A stretch of DNA of 64,000 nucleotides from contig NC_042998.1 in the NCBI RefSeq assembly GCF_006345805.1, positions 139,376,001-139,440,000 of the forward strand. Reading direction: 5' to 3'. Source of the DNA: Octopus sinensis (lineage: Eukaryota). The position numbers and the translations under genes are program-made. A model generated the notes under the pieces. It saw only the letters and a program-made list of their open reading frames with translations. It searched no databases and was not told where the DNA came from. Of this stretch, positions 1 through 14,424 are shown in pieces (positions within the stretch are counted from its first letter, which is position 1; the number at the start of each line of letters is the position of its first letter).

Positions 1-169
1 GAAATCTTGGCAGCCAAACAGAAAAAAAAAACACATTATGTGCAGGTAGATAGGTGGATATGAGAGGGAAAATGGAGGGAAGGGAGAAAACAAGGATGGT
101 GAGCATGAATACCTTGTTAGGGAGAGAATCATCTTTTCAAGCACAGGGGGAGGGAGTCATGAACATGAA

Positions 170-430
170 TATTACTTTGCTGAGCAGGTCTGCTCCAGTA
201 TAGCATATCGACAGTTGTCTTGGCCCTTTGTTGTTATCTCTGTGAGGTTCAACATCTGAAGACCATTTCTCACCACTTCATCCTATGTCTTCCTGGGTCT
301 TCCTCTTCCACAGGTTCCCTCCACAGTCAGAGATTAGTACTTTTTATGAACATGTCCTCAGTTATATGCATCACAAGGCCATACCAACGCAGTCTTCTCT
401 CTTGTACACTACATTTGATGCCTCTTATAG
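170..430 (-). mobile_element. RTE-clade LINE, short fragment of the ORF 3' end
   Basis: Minus strand reads GTCGRGRPRKT*DEVVRNGLQMLNLTE, the RTE C-terminal GRPRKTW motif. It matches the RTE copy at about 35,150-35,330. Confidence 0.75.
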
Positions 431-435
431 CCAAC

Positions 436-488
<53 letters not shown>

Positions 489-1692
489 TACACACACTCA
501 CACAACATAGTGATTTTTTTTTCTTTTTTTTTACAAGTGAAATTTAACTCAAATACCAATCTAACACAAAATTCATCATCAGCATTTATCTCATCTGCAC
601 CATCTCCATAAAAAAAAACCCTCTATTCTACAACTTACAGACACACTTCAGAGATAAGCTATGAATTAGTATCCATGCAGAAACTCAAGTGAAAATCGTA
701 AAGAAAATAGAAAACAGAAATCCATAAGACAAAAGAGAAAAATTGAAAGGATAAATCAAAAGGCAGGTTTTGTTAAAACTCCTCCAACAGATCACTAAAA
801 CTAGATATCAGTATAATTACATCATATTAGTTTGTCTCTCTTAAATACTTGATCCACCAAGATATGAGTGGGCTTTTGTGCATGGAGACATGAAACACTG
901 AAGAGGGGGAGGAGAAAGGGAAAGAAACTGCAATTATCCTAGAAAGAAAGTTTGCCTTTATTGGTTGCTTTTTGATATTAATCAAGAGAGAACTCTAATA
1001 GCAAAATTGGTGAAAGCATATCTTTGCTCTTGTTCTGTTTTGTTTTTATATTTAGTACTCTAATTTCCAGTTGGTGGACAGCTGTTATGATTAACATTGA
1101 TCTGTCTTGTTTTTTTACTGTTTGTTTGTTTTTTCCCCTTTTCTTTTATTGTAAGCCACTTTGCTGCTATTTCCTCTCAACCACCAACTGTGTAATGTAA
1201 ATAGTCTTACAAAAGAGATTAAATACCAATATGGTGGTAGTCATACTATGAAGTAAATCATAAGTCTACAAGAAACAACAACAAATAAAACAAGTTCCAT
1301 ATTGACATTTAAGAAGCAAGGAAAGCATTTTTTATGCTATAAGAGAAATGGGAACAAATTAGCTAGCTACTCAAGCATTCAGCTCTCTACATCAAAAAAC
1401 AAAAACACAAGACAAATTCAATATATCAAAGAGGAAGGCAGCTTAAATCACAGAAATAAATTATGATTTTGTCTCCAAATATACCACATCATCAATCAAT
1501 CAATCAATCAATAATGCATATATATATTTAGCAAATTATAGATATGTAAGATTACCATCATTCTTTTACTAACAACATCAATGAAAGAATAATTTTAAAA
1601 CAAACCTAATGGCTGAAGAACTATAACTTTTAACTTTTTTTATCCCAACATGCCTAAGACTACCCCTGGATTCTGTGACAAAGTTCTTTTAA

Positions 1693-1870
1693 CTCTTTAG
1701 CATTTAAAGCAACCATATCCAGGTCAAATATCCCCACCTGCTTTATGTTAAATCCAGCCAACTGCAGCCTCCCATACCTACTCCATAATTCCATAAATAA
1801 ACAATCACTAAGCTCTGAGATAATGCATGATTAATATAGATCAATGTGAATGAATAATCTGAATGAAGGG
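1693..1870. mobile_element. TTAA-flanked MITE, family A (reverse of the copy at 22,003)
   Basis: TTAA at 1,689-1,692 and 1,871-1,874. Ends ctctttagcatt...gaatgaaggg; body similar to the reverse complement of 22,003-22,221. Confidence 0.65.
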
Positions 1871-2139
1871 TTAAAGTGATCTAAGTTAAAAACTTCCTTC
1901 AAAGTTTGGTGTTAATTTACGTTCTAAACAACAGCTTAAGGAGGACAGTTATTGCACTAAATTTTTCATTATTATTATCAAGATAAATTAAAACAAAGGT
2001 AGTGCATTTCAACAGGAAAATATCAGGATTAGACATAAAAGGATTAACTATATATCATTTTTAGGGTAAGAGGATTTTTCTTCCTTTTTTTCTTTTTAAT
2101 AATTTAAACGACAATAATCTTGATAAATAAACACTATCA

Positions 2140-2730
2140 TTGTTTAAAGTCCATCCTCCATGCATGGATCAAACAGAATTCATTGGAGAAGATTTTCTAC
2201 AACTTGATGCCTAATTTATCATCAACCATCATCTGTTTGCAGGCAAGATAATATTTCCTCACAGCCAGACAGGTTTTCATGAAGGACTGGAAATGAACAA
2301 CATTGTATGACAGTGACACTTGCTTACAACTTGTTATGTGATGTCAAGACATGAATATACACACCCGCCCATTATATGTCTTTTATCTTTTACTTCTTTC
2401 CATCATTAGACTGCAGCCAAGCTGGGGCACTACATAAAAAGAGTACCTTTTTTCTTAAGCCTGGTACTTATTCTATAGGTCTCCTTTGCCAAACCGCTAA
2501 GTCACAGGGATGTAAATAAACCAACACCTGTTTATCAAGTGGTGATGGGGGGGAGTACAAACACAGATACATACATGATGGGCTTCTTTCAGTTTCCATC
2601 TACAAAGTCTACTCACAAAGCTTTGGTTGGCCTAAGACTATAGTAGAAGACACTTGCCCAAGGTGCTACAGAGTGGAACTGAACCCAGAACCATGTGGCT
2701 GGGAAGCAAACTTCTTACTACACCACCACC
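2140..2730 (-). mobile_element. tRNA-derived SINE family 1 with RTE-like 3' tail (composite copy)
   Basis: Reverse complement of the head gtggtgtagtaagaagtttgcttcccagccacatggttctgggttcagttccact, then the accttgggcaagtgtcttctactatag core, the body and an RTE-like tail. Confidence 0.8.
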
Positions 2731-3694
2731 ACCACCACCACCACCATCTTTAAGTGTACCATCTTTAAGTGTTTAGTCTAACGAATTTACCCTACTACCT
2801 GCTTTTTTTTAAAGTCTAATATTTACTATATCAGTCTCTTTTGCCAAACTGCTAAATCAAGGTGATGTAAACAAACCAATACTGGTTGGTTTGTTTACAC
2901 AAGCAGTGAGGAGACACAGGTACAAACATGACAGTTTCTGCCAACCAAATTCACTCACAAAACAGTGGTAACTCAGAGCTATAGTAGAAGACACTTGCCC
3001 AAGAGCTAAACCTAAAACCACGTGATTGCAAAGCAAACCTCTTAACCACACAGCCATGTTTGTGCCTATTTCAATAACATTTAATATTTTTCAAATACTA
3101 TAAAAAAAGGACATCATTCCTCTTTGTGTGTGTGTGTGTGTGCACTGAGAAAGAGCGATAGTAATTTAATCCAAAACATTTTGGTAAAATCACATTGGTG
3201 ATTCAATTTTAAGTATATAAGTACCACTTTCAATTTGCTTTGCTTTGCTTTTGGTTTTTTTTTTTTTTTTGCTTTTAACACATCTGTGACTATATTACTA
3301 ACAAAAATATATTGCTGTGTATTTCAATTTGTTTTCAAATCAATAACTTTAGAAGAGTTTAATAAAATAACTACTATTTTTATTTATTGGTTATATTAAG
3401 CTGCTGTTTGTCACACAACTTGTACTTAATAAAAATTTCCCATTATCAATTTAAATATGAACACTTTAATAAGGTAATCTTATGCAGGCTGCTATTGAAA
3501 GGCTTAATGCTATGTTTCAAGAACTGAAGTATTTTATTGTAAATCTACAACTTATTTCTTAATGCTCTTCCTAATCTGTTTAAGTTTCCAAAAAAAGAGC
3601 TCTTATAACAAAAATTTTAATGAATAAAAACTATCATGTGATAAGTAAAGCAACACTGCATGGCACTAATATTTTATAACAAAATTTACATAAT

Positions 3695-4095
3695 GCAGGA
3701 GTGGCTGTGTGGTAAGAAGCTTGCTTCCCAACCACATGGTTCTGGATTCAGTACCACTGCATGACACCTAGGGCAAGTGTCTTCTATAGCCTAAGGCCAA
3801 CCAAAGACTTGTAAGTGGATTTGGTAGACAGAAGCTGAAAGAAACGTGTGTGTGTGTGTGTGTGTGTGTGCGTGCATACATGCATGCATGCTTGTCCCTC
3901 ACAACTGCTTGAAACCAGTGTTGGTGTGTTTGCATCCTCATAGCTTAGTGGTTCAGCAAAAGAGACTGATAGAGTTCAGTACCAGGCTTAAAAACAAAAA
4001 ATAAAAGTGCTGGAATCAAGTCATTTGACAAAATTTCTTCCAGGAGATGCCCCAATATGGCCTTAAGTCTAATGACTGAAACAAGTAAAAGGATA
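3695..4095 (+). mobile_element. tRNA-derived SINE family 1 with the alternative tail (...gactgaaacaagtaaaaggata)
   Basis: Head gcaggagtggctgtgtggtaagaagcttgcttcccaaccacatggttctggattcag, core, internal (TG)n, then a non-RTE tail. About 20 related copies or fragments occur in the window (e.g. 4,430, 10,130, 11,860, 14,010, 17,965, 32,255, 34,135, 40,310, 40,945). Confidence 0.85.
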
Positions 4096-5559
4096 TAACT
4101 TCAAGAAGAGCCATTTAATAAAAAAAGCTGTTAAATTTCACTTTAACTTTACTTCATGAGGTGTCAAAATTTTTGTCACACAACTGCAACCTACTTACTA
4201 ACACAATTCTACTGAGCTGCAATGGAGTTCTGACAGCAGCCAAGTCATAGCTGAGCAATGAAAATATTGACAATTCATGAAATAAAGATGCTAAATTTAC
4301 TTTGCATTTGTGTTATTAAATAACTCTTTCACTATATTATTCCTTCAGTTTCAACACAATCTTAAATCAAGTCACTTGCTACACAAGAACAACTTCTAGA
4401 TATTATCTCAATTTCATGTTTTCATATCGATGCAGGCATAGCTGTGTGGTTGAAAAGTTTGCTTCCCAACCAAATGGTTTGGGGTTCAGTCCCACTGCAA
4501 GGCACCATTACAGCTTTGGGGCAGCAAAAGTCTTGTGCATGGACCTGGTAACTGAAGGGTGTATGTGTGTGTGTGTCTGTCTGTCTTTCTTGATACTATT
4601 CAATACATGTAAACAGGCATCACCACCACAAGAGAATTTCATTCATTTCCAATCTTCGGTGGGAACATGTCTGGTCATGCAGAAATATTACCATGCTTGG
4701 AAATAGGTAAAGGTTGCCAACAGGGCAAGCATCAAGACATAGAAAGTTTACTTCAATACATTCCAAGCATGGGAAAGTGGTTGTTAACAATGACAATGAT
4801 GATGATGGTATTGGTGATGATATTTTTGCCACTCATTAAGTTAGATATTTGAAAAAAATTTTATAAAAACTCTAACAACCCAACTAGCAATTTAGATGGT
4901 AAATAAAACAGTCAGAATTCACACAAAATAGCATCTACATCAAACTGACTGTCTCAGATTTTGAACAGGTCATAAATTTTCTCAATTTCCTCTTGAGACA
5001 CAAGTATATCTAGCTAGCATTTTAAATGGTATTCATTTTTATTTAACTACAGTAATTTTCAGTCACTAATATTTACTATAACATTCCTATTATTATTCTA
5101 ATGTTGTGTTCCTTAAATTCAATGTTTTATACATACACATTTACACACAATAATTGATATTGAAAAGTATCTATTGTAGCCAAAGTACCTTTTACACAAA
5201 AAAAATAATAACTGGAGCTGAGAGCCTTATGTTGGCAATAGTTTATCTCACTATATATCCTCCTCTTTTGAAGAGAGCCTGGGAGACAATGCAGCACGGC
5301 ATCTGTCAATGCAACACACTTATGCACTACCTCAAATGCAAGTTCAAAATTCAACCATTTATATAAAACACAACATTCTTAGCTTGGATTCCCCTCTTTT
5401 ATTTGTGACATTAGAGTATGAACTCGCAGAATATATACCCATCTACAAAGAGTTACTAAATATCAATCTATGAAGATATATATCTATCTATGAAAAATTA
5501 TGAAGTCTTGATTTTCCTGTTTAATTTATATATCTTAATACTCACTTCTGTTTAATATC

Positions 5560-6120
5560 ACTACCATCAACATTTTAACATCCATTTTCCATGTTTGCAT
5601 GGGTCAGACAGGATTTGTTGAGACAGATTTTCTACAGACAGAGGCTCTTGTTGCCAACCCTTACCCGTTTCCAAGCAAAGTAATATTCTTTTCTACTCTA
5701 GGCACAAGGCCTGGAATTTTGGGGGAGGGGACCAGTCAATTAGATCAACCCCAGTATGCAACTGGTACTTAATTTATCGACTCTGAAAGGAAAAAAAGTC
5801 AAAGTCGGCCTTGGTGGAATTTGCAAGCAAAGTAATATTACTCCAAGATGAGACGTTTTCCACAGAAAATTGGAAATGGAGAACACCACTTGCATAACAG
5901 TGACCTCATTTACAACTATTACATCATGTCAAGAAATAGAGACAGTAACGCACACGATGGGCTTCTTTCGGTCTCCATCTACCAAATCCACTCATAAAGC
6001 TTTGGTCAGCCTGGCACTAGAGTAGAAGACCTTTGCCAAAAGTGCCACACAGTGAGACTAAACTTGAAACCATGTGGTTAGAAAGCAAACTTCTCACTAT
6101 ACAACTACACCTACATCTAT
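5560..6120 (-). mobile_element. SINE family 1 with RTE-like tail, containing a nested family-2 SINE fragment (about 5,700-5,825)
   Basis: Tail catcaacattttaacatccattttccatg at 5,566 and head reverse complement at about 6,040-6,115. The inserted segment ggcacaaggcctggaattttggggg...ggtggaattt matches family 2. Confidence 0.75.
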
Positions 6121-7699
6121 ACTATTCTATAAGTGATTTGATGCCATTTACAAATGCCTGTCCATCTTATTTTATTACACTAAGTATAAATCTATCAACA
6201 ACCTAAATAATTAGTAACAGAATATTTACTATGTTAAAATTTTGAACACAAAAATGACATGATGATAGAAAAAAAATTTTTTTAAAAGCAAATCCTATAA
6301 CATTAGGTTGTAGAGGCACCACTGAAGATATTGCTTTGAAGTGGAATATCTGGAGCAATTTATTCCATTTTGTGAACTCTAGTACTTATTATTTACTGAC
6401 ATAGACCATCATGAGTTTCCTCAGATTTTACTGTTTTCCTTTGATCTCTAAAGCTGTGTTTAGAGAATAAATTACTCTTAGATGCTAAATGCATGGAAAA
6501 AACATTAGTTAGTATTAATATATTTAATGTAGTTGAATTGGGAGAGTTGTTAGAGAACTGTGGTTTTGTTGTAATTCTCTGAGCGTTGAGTTCAAATTGA
6601 GTCATGGTCAACTTTACCTTTTATCCTTTTGGGAACACAAAAATACCAAACCAGGATAGAGGATTAGTGGAACAATAGCACAACTTATATCTCTTCCAGT
6701 CCTTTCTGTTCTAACAGAATGCTCAGCTAAAACATTGGTGCCAAGGTGTGCAGACCTTCAAGTAACAGCTCTTCCTTTGAATAATATGTGTGGCATAGAG
6801 AAGAGAAACTTATGTGTATGAGTAATTGCAGGTTTGTATCTTCACCATCATCATTTTAATATCCTTGTTTCCATGGTTACATAGAATTCATTGAAGCAGA
6901 TTTTTCAAGTTGGAATCCCTACCCATCACCAGCCCTCCCTGTTCCCAGGGAAGGTAATACTTTGCCATGACCTGACATGTTTTCATAGAAGATCGAAAAC
7001 AAACGACACTGCTTGTGTGATGGTAGGTCTCATTTACAGCTATCACACAGTGTCAGGTCCACATATATAAGTATATACACAGGCTTCTTTCAGTTTTCAT
7101 CTATCAAATCTGCTCACAAGGCTTTGGTTAGCCATAGCTTTCATTCAACTATAGCAGTAGTTAAATAATATTCTTAAGGTTGCAATTTACTCACACACAG
7201 CACCTTTCAGAGCCTATCGCTAATTCAGTTCTTAACCAAATTGAAAACTGCAAAATACATTTATCTTAGCTTCAATGATAGAAGAAAGCATTAAAAAATT
7301 TGTAGTTTTGTTCCTAAGCAACAATAATGTGTATCAAAAATGTTGTGAGGTAAAATATCATGAAAAAATAAATAAGTAAGGCAAAAAAATTGGATTTAAG
7401 TACAATTAACTTTTTTTTTATTTTAAAAACAAGCTATATTTTAATTAAGCTTAAATGATAGAGCTCAATTCAAGGAATTTCATGGTATCCATCACATGCA
7501 ATGAAGTTTTAAAAGAAGATAGTTATGACTGTTTGTTTCTCAAATGTGAAGGTGATAATATAGTTCTATACTTTTTATGAATATAGTTCTGTAAGGGGAC
7601 TTTTAATATATGTCACCGTCATCATTGAAGTAAGGAAAAAATTAACAATACTGCTAATTGACACATTAGCATAATAGCATAGCCTGAAAAAAACATGGA

Positions 7700-8506
7700 T
7701 TACATGGCAAAATGCAAGCAAAAGAAATAATATTCTTAAGATTATAAACCTGGAAAATTACAGAATAAGTTATTACACTTGGAAAAGTTCAGGACAACTT
7801 ATTACAAAACAAGAAAATTTTTACTTAAAATATTGCAGCTAAGGATAAATTTTGAATATTAAAAATTATTTGATTGTAATTTACAAAGTAACATTATAAT
7901 TAAAAAAGGTACCAACATTTTGTTAAAATATTGACACACTAGAATACTTTAATAAAAATGAGGGCCACAAGAACCAATATAGCTAAAGTTTTATGCAAAG
8001 TAGAATAGTATATATGGTAGGCAAATTCATTATGTAAAAATTAGGTATTGGGTCATGATTAAAAATGCGAAGACTTGGTAATAACTTGTGAATTTGTTGT
8101 TATAGGTAGATTTTACTGTAATATATAACTAATTTTTGTATTATTCTATTTATTGTACTAATTATGTACTACTATTATTTTAATAACCTATTTTCAAATT
8201 TCTAATTATTAATTAATAATTTAAAAAATTAATTTTTTTAAAGTGCAAAAAATATTGAGTTATTTTTAATAGAAGTAACAAGTAATAACAAATAGAAGTA
8301 ATAACTTGCAATAACATTTTTGGTTTTAATGAAAGCAAATATTTTCTAAATCTAAATATTTTATTTGAAATTTTATCCTTAGCTACAATACTTTACCAGT
8401 TGTAATAAGTTATCCTGAACTTTTCCAAGTGTAATAACATGTCCTGTAATTTTCCAGGTTTATAATCTTAGGAATACTATTTCTCTTGCTTGCATTTTTC
8501 CAAGTA
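7700..8506. mobile_element. Non-autonomous DNA transposon (MITE/foldback) with about 100 bp terminal inverted repeats
   Basis: 7,700-7,805 (aaatgcaagcaaaagaaataatattcttaagattataaacctggaaaattacag...ttattaca) is the reverse complement of 8,400-8,506 with few mismatches. The interior is AT-rich and non-coding. Confidence 0.8.
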
Positions 8507-8818
8507 ATAATAAAGGATGCTTACCCAAGGTGCCATATGGTGGGAGCAAACCTAAAACAAGCAAACTTCTTAACTTGCCTGCACCTCCTATAAAAATCTT
8601 ACCAAGGGCTTACATACAGATGTAGATATGTGGTTAACCATGATTGATGTAGACTCCTATATATTTAATGTAAAGGACATCAAAAGGCTAACTAGAAATA
8701 AAATTCAAATATTTCAATTCACTGCTGAACAAATTAACAAAATTAGCCAATATTTTATATTGTTTTTTTCTTCAATGTGTTATTTTGTTATTTAGTTTGC
8801 TCTTTCTTGTTCTCAGCA

Positions 8819-9044
8819 TTAAACCTCACTGCACTAATTTAATTTTTGCTGGTGATTATATGCTAATCATATGCAAATCAGTTCTTACAGCATCTTTCTA
8901 TTTGCCAGTAAAAATATAATATACATGTTACATAATATGAAATGTGAGAAATTCCAGAAAGCACCCCAAGTTAATTCTGTTCCTATGTCTCAAGTGCACA
9001 TGCTCAGAACTGAGTATATTTGTATTCCACAAAGCAAGGGTTAA
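8819..9044. mobile_element. TTAA-flanked MITE, family C (second copy at 27,410-27,642)
   Basis: Shares gcaaatcagttctt...ttctatt(t/g)gcca...aaatgtg...tctcaagtgcacatgc with 27,410-27,642. Both start ttaa(a/c)cctca and end (g/a)gttaa. Confidence 0.6.
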
Positions 9045-10923
9045 ATACATTAATGCCGCCAAAAGTAGCTCTGTCTACTGATGTCCATTTCTGAACTACA
9101 GATCTGAAATCTCTACTACAAATTCAAGGCTGCAGCAATTTATAGAGTATTCTTGTTTCTCAAGAGTTAACCAGTTACACAAACTCATGGTACTTATTTG
9201 CAGATAAGATAGATGGGCTGGGTTGGAATTTTGAGAGTAAAGAGTGCGGATCAGGAAACAATACAAGCTGATAGTAATAGAATATAAATAGACCGCTTAA
9301 AACTGACTTCATAGGTTTAGCTATATGTGACATAATCCAAGAAGTAAATGTCAAATGATGTATATTCTATAGGCTTTAGCATCTTGTGCTGGAATTCTTA
9401 AATCGTTTTTGCAATGTGACTAGTCTCTTATCCAAATATGAGATGCTATTATAGAAGCATCTTTCAGGCAACATGAAAATTCACATAACAAATCTACCCT
9501 CTATAATGATACATATATAACAAGATGCCAATAATTTAACCAAGATATACAGAGAAACCAATCTTAAATGCAAGAATAATGGCTCCATTATCTATAACCA
9601 AACAATGTCTATAATGTAATTAAAATAGATTGCAGTAAATCTAGCAACAACTACTATTGTGTCTTTGGAGATTCAACCTAAAAATGACATTATGGAAATG
9701 AAATTCTTTTTTTCCTTTTTGATCAATAACCAACTTTGTTCCAGTTAATTGTTAATAACATCTAAACATTTTCTCAGGCTCTTCTAATACTAATCTTATT
9801 GTCAGAAACACACACACACACATAATGTGTGTGTGTGTGCATGCATGCACGCATACACATACATGTGCAGCTGGTAGAAAGAGTACTGTGTTATGCTTTT
9901 GTAAGTTCATTCATGCAGCAAAGAAATGAAACTCAAACTAGCAGTAGAATGAATCATCAGTTCCAAATAAATACATACACATATATGTAAGTTTGGTAGA
10001 ACAAACAAGAGAAATAGAACTGAATACCAGTATATATACTTTTTTTTTTAATCAGCAGAAGGTCACAGGACTGAAAGTTTGGTAAGTGCCATGCATAAAA
10101 TAAGGATGATGGTGATGATAGCATGTGTGTGTGTGTGTGCATATGTATATATTCATACAGGATGAGCTTCTCTCAACTGCAGTTTACCAAACCCACTTAC
10201 AAGGCTTTCATCAGTTCAGGGTATATAGTAGAAGACTCTTGCTCAAGATGCCAGCCAGTGGGACTGAATCCAAGACCGCATCATTGGAAAGCAAGCATCC
10301 TAACTACAGACATGAACAGACATCTGCTATTGATAAACCAGAGCAGTAACTATTTACAGTTCCTTCTAAAATCACAGGCTTTGTACAACTGCTCTCTGAA
10401 CATTTCAGATATGGATTATTTTCTATTGAACCTTTCCTGTGATGTCGAACTATCTCTAGAGATACATACACTAAGTTAATTTGTGGATATAATACACATA
10501 GTATCTAATCGACTAGAAATCAATAAAATGTTAAGTCCTGTCGGCTAAATGGCAGAATACATCTAAATATTGAAAATTTCCCCCAAAAATAATTGAATCT
10601 AATAGATTGGAATTTTCAGGAAATTTGGAAATACTAAAAACAAAATTACATATATAACCTCTTGAGAGAAACAAAAAAAGAAAGAATACAATATTTTTCA
10701 TATTAATGAAAGTTCATGCATTAGCAATAATAGCTAGAACTTCCCCATTTATATTTCCTGATAATAATGGCTTGAATAATGGACTCAATATGATGTAACA
10801 AAAAAATAAAAACTTTTATATACATTTACATTAATAACACAACTCTCCCTCCAAATCTCTTTAAATCATGATTCAAGACTTGTAAATGCTTTACTAGGTT
10901 CATCGTTATTTAGTTGAATAAAG

Positions 10924-10964
<41 letters not shown>

Positions 10965-11705
10965 TATATATAAAGCATTGTCTCTTGAAACGCACCCACC
11001 CACTCTGTTTAAGATGAAAGGAACCTAATTATCAATGACTTAATAGAAATTGGAGAAAAGTCAAGACAAGAAGAAAAACACGAGTGAGTTAATCTGGCAT
11101 GCAGTGAAGGTTGGTGTGTCCTTCAATGAAGTGCCAAAAACAAACACAAAACTATGAACGAGAACAAATTAGAACATCAGAAATAATGCTAACAGATAAC
11201 ACATACCAAAACGAAGAAAAAGGAATGTTGATAAAACAATGTATTTAAGCAGAAATATCCATCTATATTTTCAGTTATATATTTGGCAAGTAATCCAAAG
11301 CTTGAAAAAAAAAAAGAGGATAAGAATAAAAAAAAAAATAAGGAAATGAATCCTCTAATTATGAAGTGAGCTTGAAACATGCTTAATAAAATAGTCTCTC
11401 ACTGCTGAAACCTATATTAATAAGCAACTGACAATGGCTGTAAGCTAACAATATGAACAACCTTTTGCAGGCCTTTTTGCTTTGACTTTTTAAAGGATTT
11501 TTACATTCACTATTGTAATTTAATAAGGCTCTGCCATTTTATACCACCGAGATCAATCTTCACTACAAATTAGAATAAACAAGGACATAAATCATATTTG
11601 TGAGGCTGATTCCCCAAGACCACATGGGACCTTTCTATACAGGAGGAGTAAGCTGTCAGATAAGATTGACAAATTTGGAAATTTAATCGACTGATTATAT
11701 ATTAA

Positions 11706-12301
11706 CTAGCAATGCACCCCAGCGTTGCCCAGGTATTATGACCTACAGCTACATTGTATTATTTGTTCCTCTCTTATGGGCAGAATCGACACATGAGGAG
11801 TATGAAGCAAACAACTCTTCTTTATAAACATGTTTCTCAGTCATTTTCTGATGAACAACAACACTGCAGTTTCCATCAAGCAAATTCAGTCACAAGTCCA
11901 TGGTTGGCCTAGGGCTATAATAGAAAACACTTGCCCAAGGTAACATGCAGACGGACTGGACGTGGAACCATGTGGTTAGTTGGGAAGCAAACTTCCCAAC
12001 CACACAGCCATTCTTGCACCTAATATGTGTGTGTGTGTGTGTGTGTTTACATTTGTTGTTAGAGTATTGATAAAGACTGTTCAGGCAGAGTTGCCTCCCT
12101 TAGCTAAAGCCCTCAAAATTGTGCGACCTGACCTCCTTTTTGAGGTTATTTTTGTAGTAAAAAAGAGTTGCTATGCAAAAAATAGCTTATTTGGTAGCCG
12201 AAAGATCACCGAATGTTTTGATACTTCATACATCAAAATTGGCAGCACAGTTTTCAAATCAATAAGGAACACACACACAGACTCTGTTTTATATATTAAG
12301 A
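11706..12301 (-). mobile_element. Degenerate non-autonomous Helitron-like element with a nested SINE (about 11,860-12,030)
   Basis: On the minus strand: A|TC start at 12,301, CTAG|T end at 11,706, and a decayed subterminal hairpin (ccccagcgttgcccagg) like the 15,248 element. That both ends belong to one element is inferred. Confidence 0.4.
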
Positions 12302-13519
12302 TATCATTTCTGACTTGCTGTACTATACAATGCCAAAGGATTTCCCTTCCAACTAAAAGAAAGGCAAAAGGGAAGGCATTTGAATTAGTCAAATACCACA
12401 TAAACTGACCAACTATAATTACCAGGTGATGACAACCAGAACCCACATGACTGGCTTATATAGATAAAATTATATTTATAACCCAGAAACCTATATATAC
12501 TGACCAACAACCTCACCTGAAACCAGTTGCAGTGGAACCATGTTAGTGACCAAGTTACAATTGGAGCAACAAAACTTAACACCAAATGATAAATATTTAA
12601 GTGAAATTAATAGTATGTGTTTCTGTATGGTTAATGTCTTCCAAGCCTTAATTATTTTAGTTTCAACACACAATCTCAGATCAACCACTTGCCTAGCTAG
12701 TACACTTCCAAAATATACATTAATGCATGGCTGGGAAGAGAAATGGGGGCCAAATAGAATGTCCTATGTTCAAGAAAGTTATAGATGTATTGGCATGAAA
12801 GTAGTAGTAAAACATTTTGGGAAAGGGACACAGCAAGCAAATTCAGAAAATCAGTTAATGTAAAAGGTAACAGTAAAGGAGCAAAAAGAACACTTTAAAA
12901 GTAACTAGAAGTTAGATGCAATTGTTTAGTCTAAAGCCAGCTTAATAATGAACAGACTTTTGATCAAAGATATTCAGGCCATTAACTTTTGCTTTTGTTG
13001 TTTTTTCTCTCTAAAGCAGCCTTTTTTAAAATCATTTTGATACAAAACCATCTGAGATTGCCCATGGTTCTACAATACAAACTTTCAAGCAAAATTTCAT
13101 GTTAATTCATGTTTCAAACACCAGATTAATGACAATTATGTTATTAAATTCTTCATTATTTAAAAAAATTAATTGAAATAAAGACTGCATTTCAAAATAT
13201 ATAAGAAAATGGTTAAGGTATGGTTTGAGAGTGCTGTGACTACTATTACTAGCTGGCCAAATAGCTCACACAGAGCAGTGCTTCTCAAACTATTTTTAAC
13301 TAACACTCTCTTTCTTTTACTAATACTTCAACATCTCCTTACCATGATTCAGTAATATTAAATACACCACATGCACATACATATGCACAGACAAGACAAG
13401 ACAGTATCTAATGCTACAGATGCAGTAGTCATCTTTATTGCATGCTTGGAAATACCCATGAATTTTAATACTGTCTTTTTAAATTATTATAATTTATTGT
13501 TTATAATTTACATGCACAC

Positions 13520-13564
<45 letters not shown>

Positions 13565-13666
13565 TTATTTATCTACCCATTCATATTTTGAAGCCTATTA
13601 TTACTGATGTCAATGTTATCAGTATCAAGGGAGAGGGGGTGAGGGAGCATGCATGCATTTTTTTTT

Positions 13667-13715
<49 letters not shown>
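13667..13715. repeat. (CTA)n microsatellite, possibly the (TAG)n tail of a decayed LINE 3' end at about 13,716-13,990
   Basis: About 16 perfect CTA units. The LINE assignment of the adjacent sequence is weak. Confidence 0.85.
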
Positions 13716-13717
<2 letters not shown>

Positions 13718-14198
13718 GGGGAGAAACCTAATAACATTTTTCAGAGTTTATAACTGGTGAGAAACAGGAAAGAAGGTCTCTTGAACTAGAAACTTAGCCC
13801 AAATGCTTGCTACAAAAGGGCTCCTCCCTTAAGAGTATTCAAACACCAAATGAGAAGGGTAGCAGTGTGGTTGATGGTAAATATCAGTATTGAGGGGATG
13901 GTGAAGGTGAGAGAGATGGAAGTGGTTTGGGAAGGAGGATGACATTGGCAGCACAAGAGGAGCGGAGACAGGATATCAAAATTCTGCAAACAGGTCAGAA
14001 ATTAAGGAGATGGTGGGTTTCTTTCAGTTTCCACCTACCAAATCCACTCACAAGGCTTTAGTCAACCTGAGACTATTGTAGAAGACACTTGCCAAAAATG
14101 CTGTGCAGTGGGATTGGACCTGAAACCATGTAGTTGGAAAGCAAACATCTTAATCACACAGCTACATCTATGCTTTTAAAATATTAAATGCAATAAGA

Positions 14199-14424
14199 GG
14201 TGGTGAGCTGTGAAAACATTAGTGTACCAGGCAATGTACACTAATGTACTTAGCACCATTTCATCCATTTTTACATTCTGAGTTCTAACTCCAAGGTCAA
14301 CTTCACCTTTCATCTTTTCAGGGTCGATAAAATAAGTACCAGTTGAACACTGGGGTCAATGTAATCCACCTGCCCCTCCCCTGAAACTGCTGGCCTTGTG
14401 CAAAAATTTTAAACCAATATATTA
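14199..14424 (+). mobile_element. tRNA-derived SINE family 2, CpG-decayed copy
   Basis: ggtggtgagctg...ggtcaacttcaccttttcatcttttcagggtcgataaaataagtaccagttgaacactggggtc...aaaccaatatatta; homologous to 49,181-49,375. Confidence 0.8.

Noticed and set aside
3695-3780. tRNA gene (A/B-box-like sequence; many similar sites)
   Set aside because: These are SINE heads running into SINE core and tail; they lack a complete cloverleaf and are diverged between copies.
14251-14262. miR-29-like seed sequence TAGCACCATT
   Set aside because: It is a CpG-decayed part of a family-2 SINE (consensus tagcggtattt) with no pre-miRNA hairpin.
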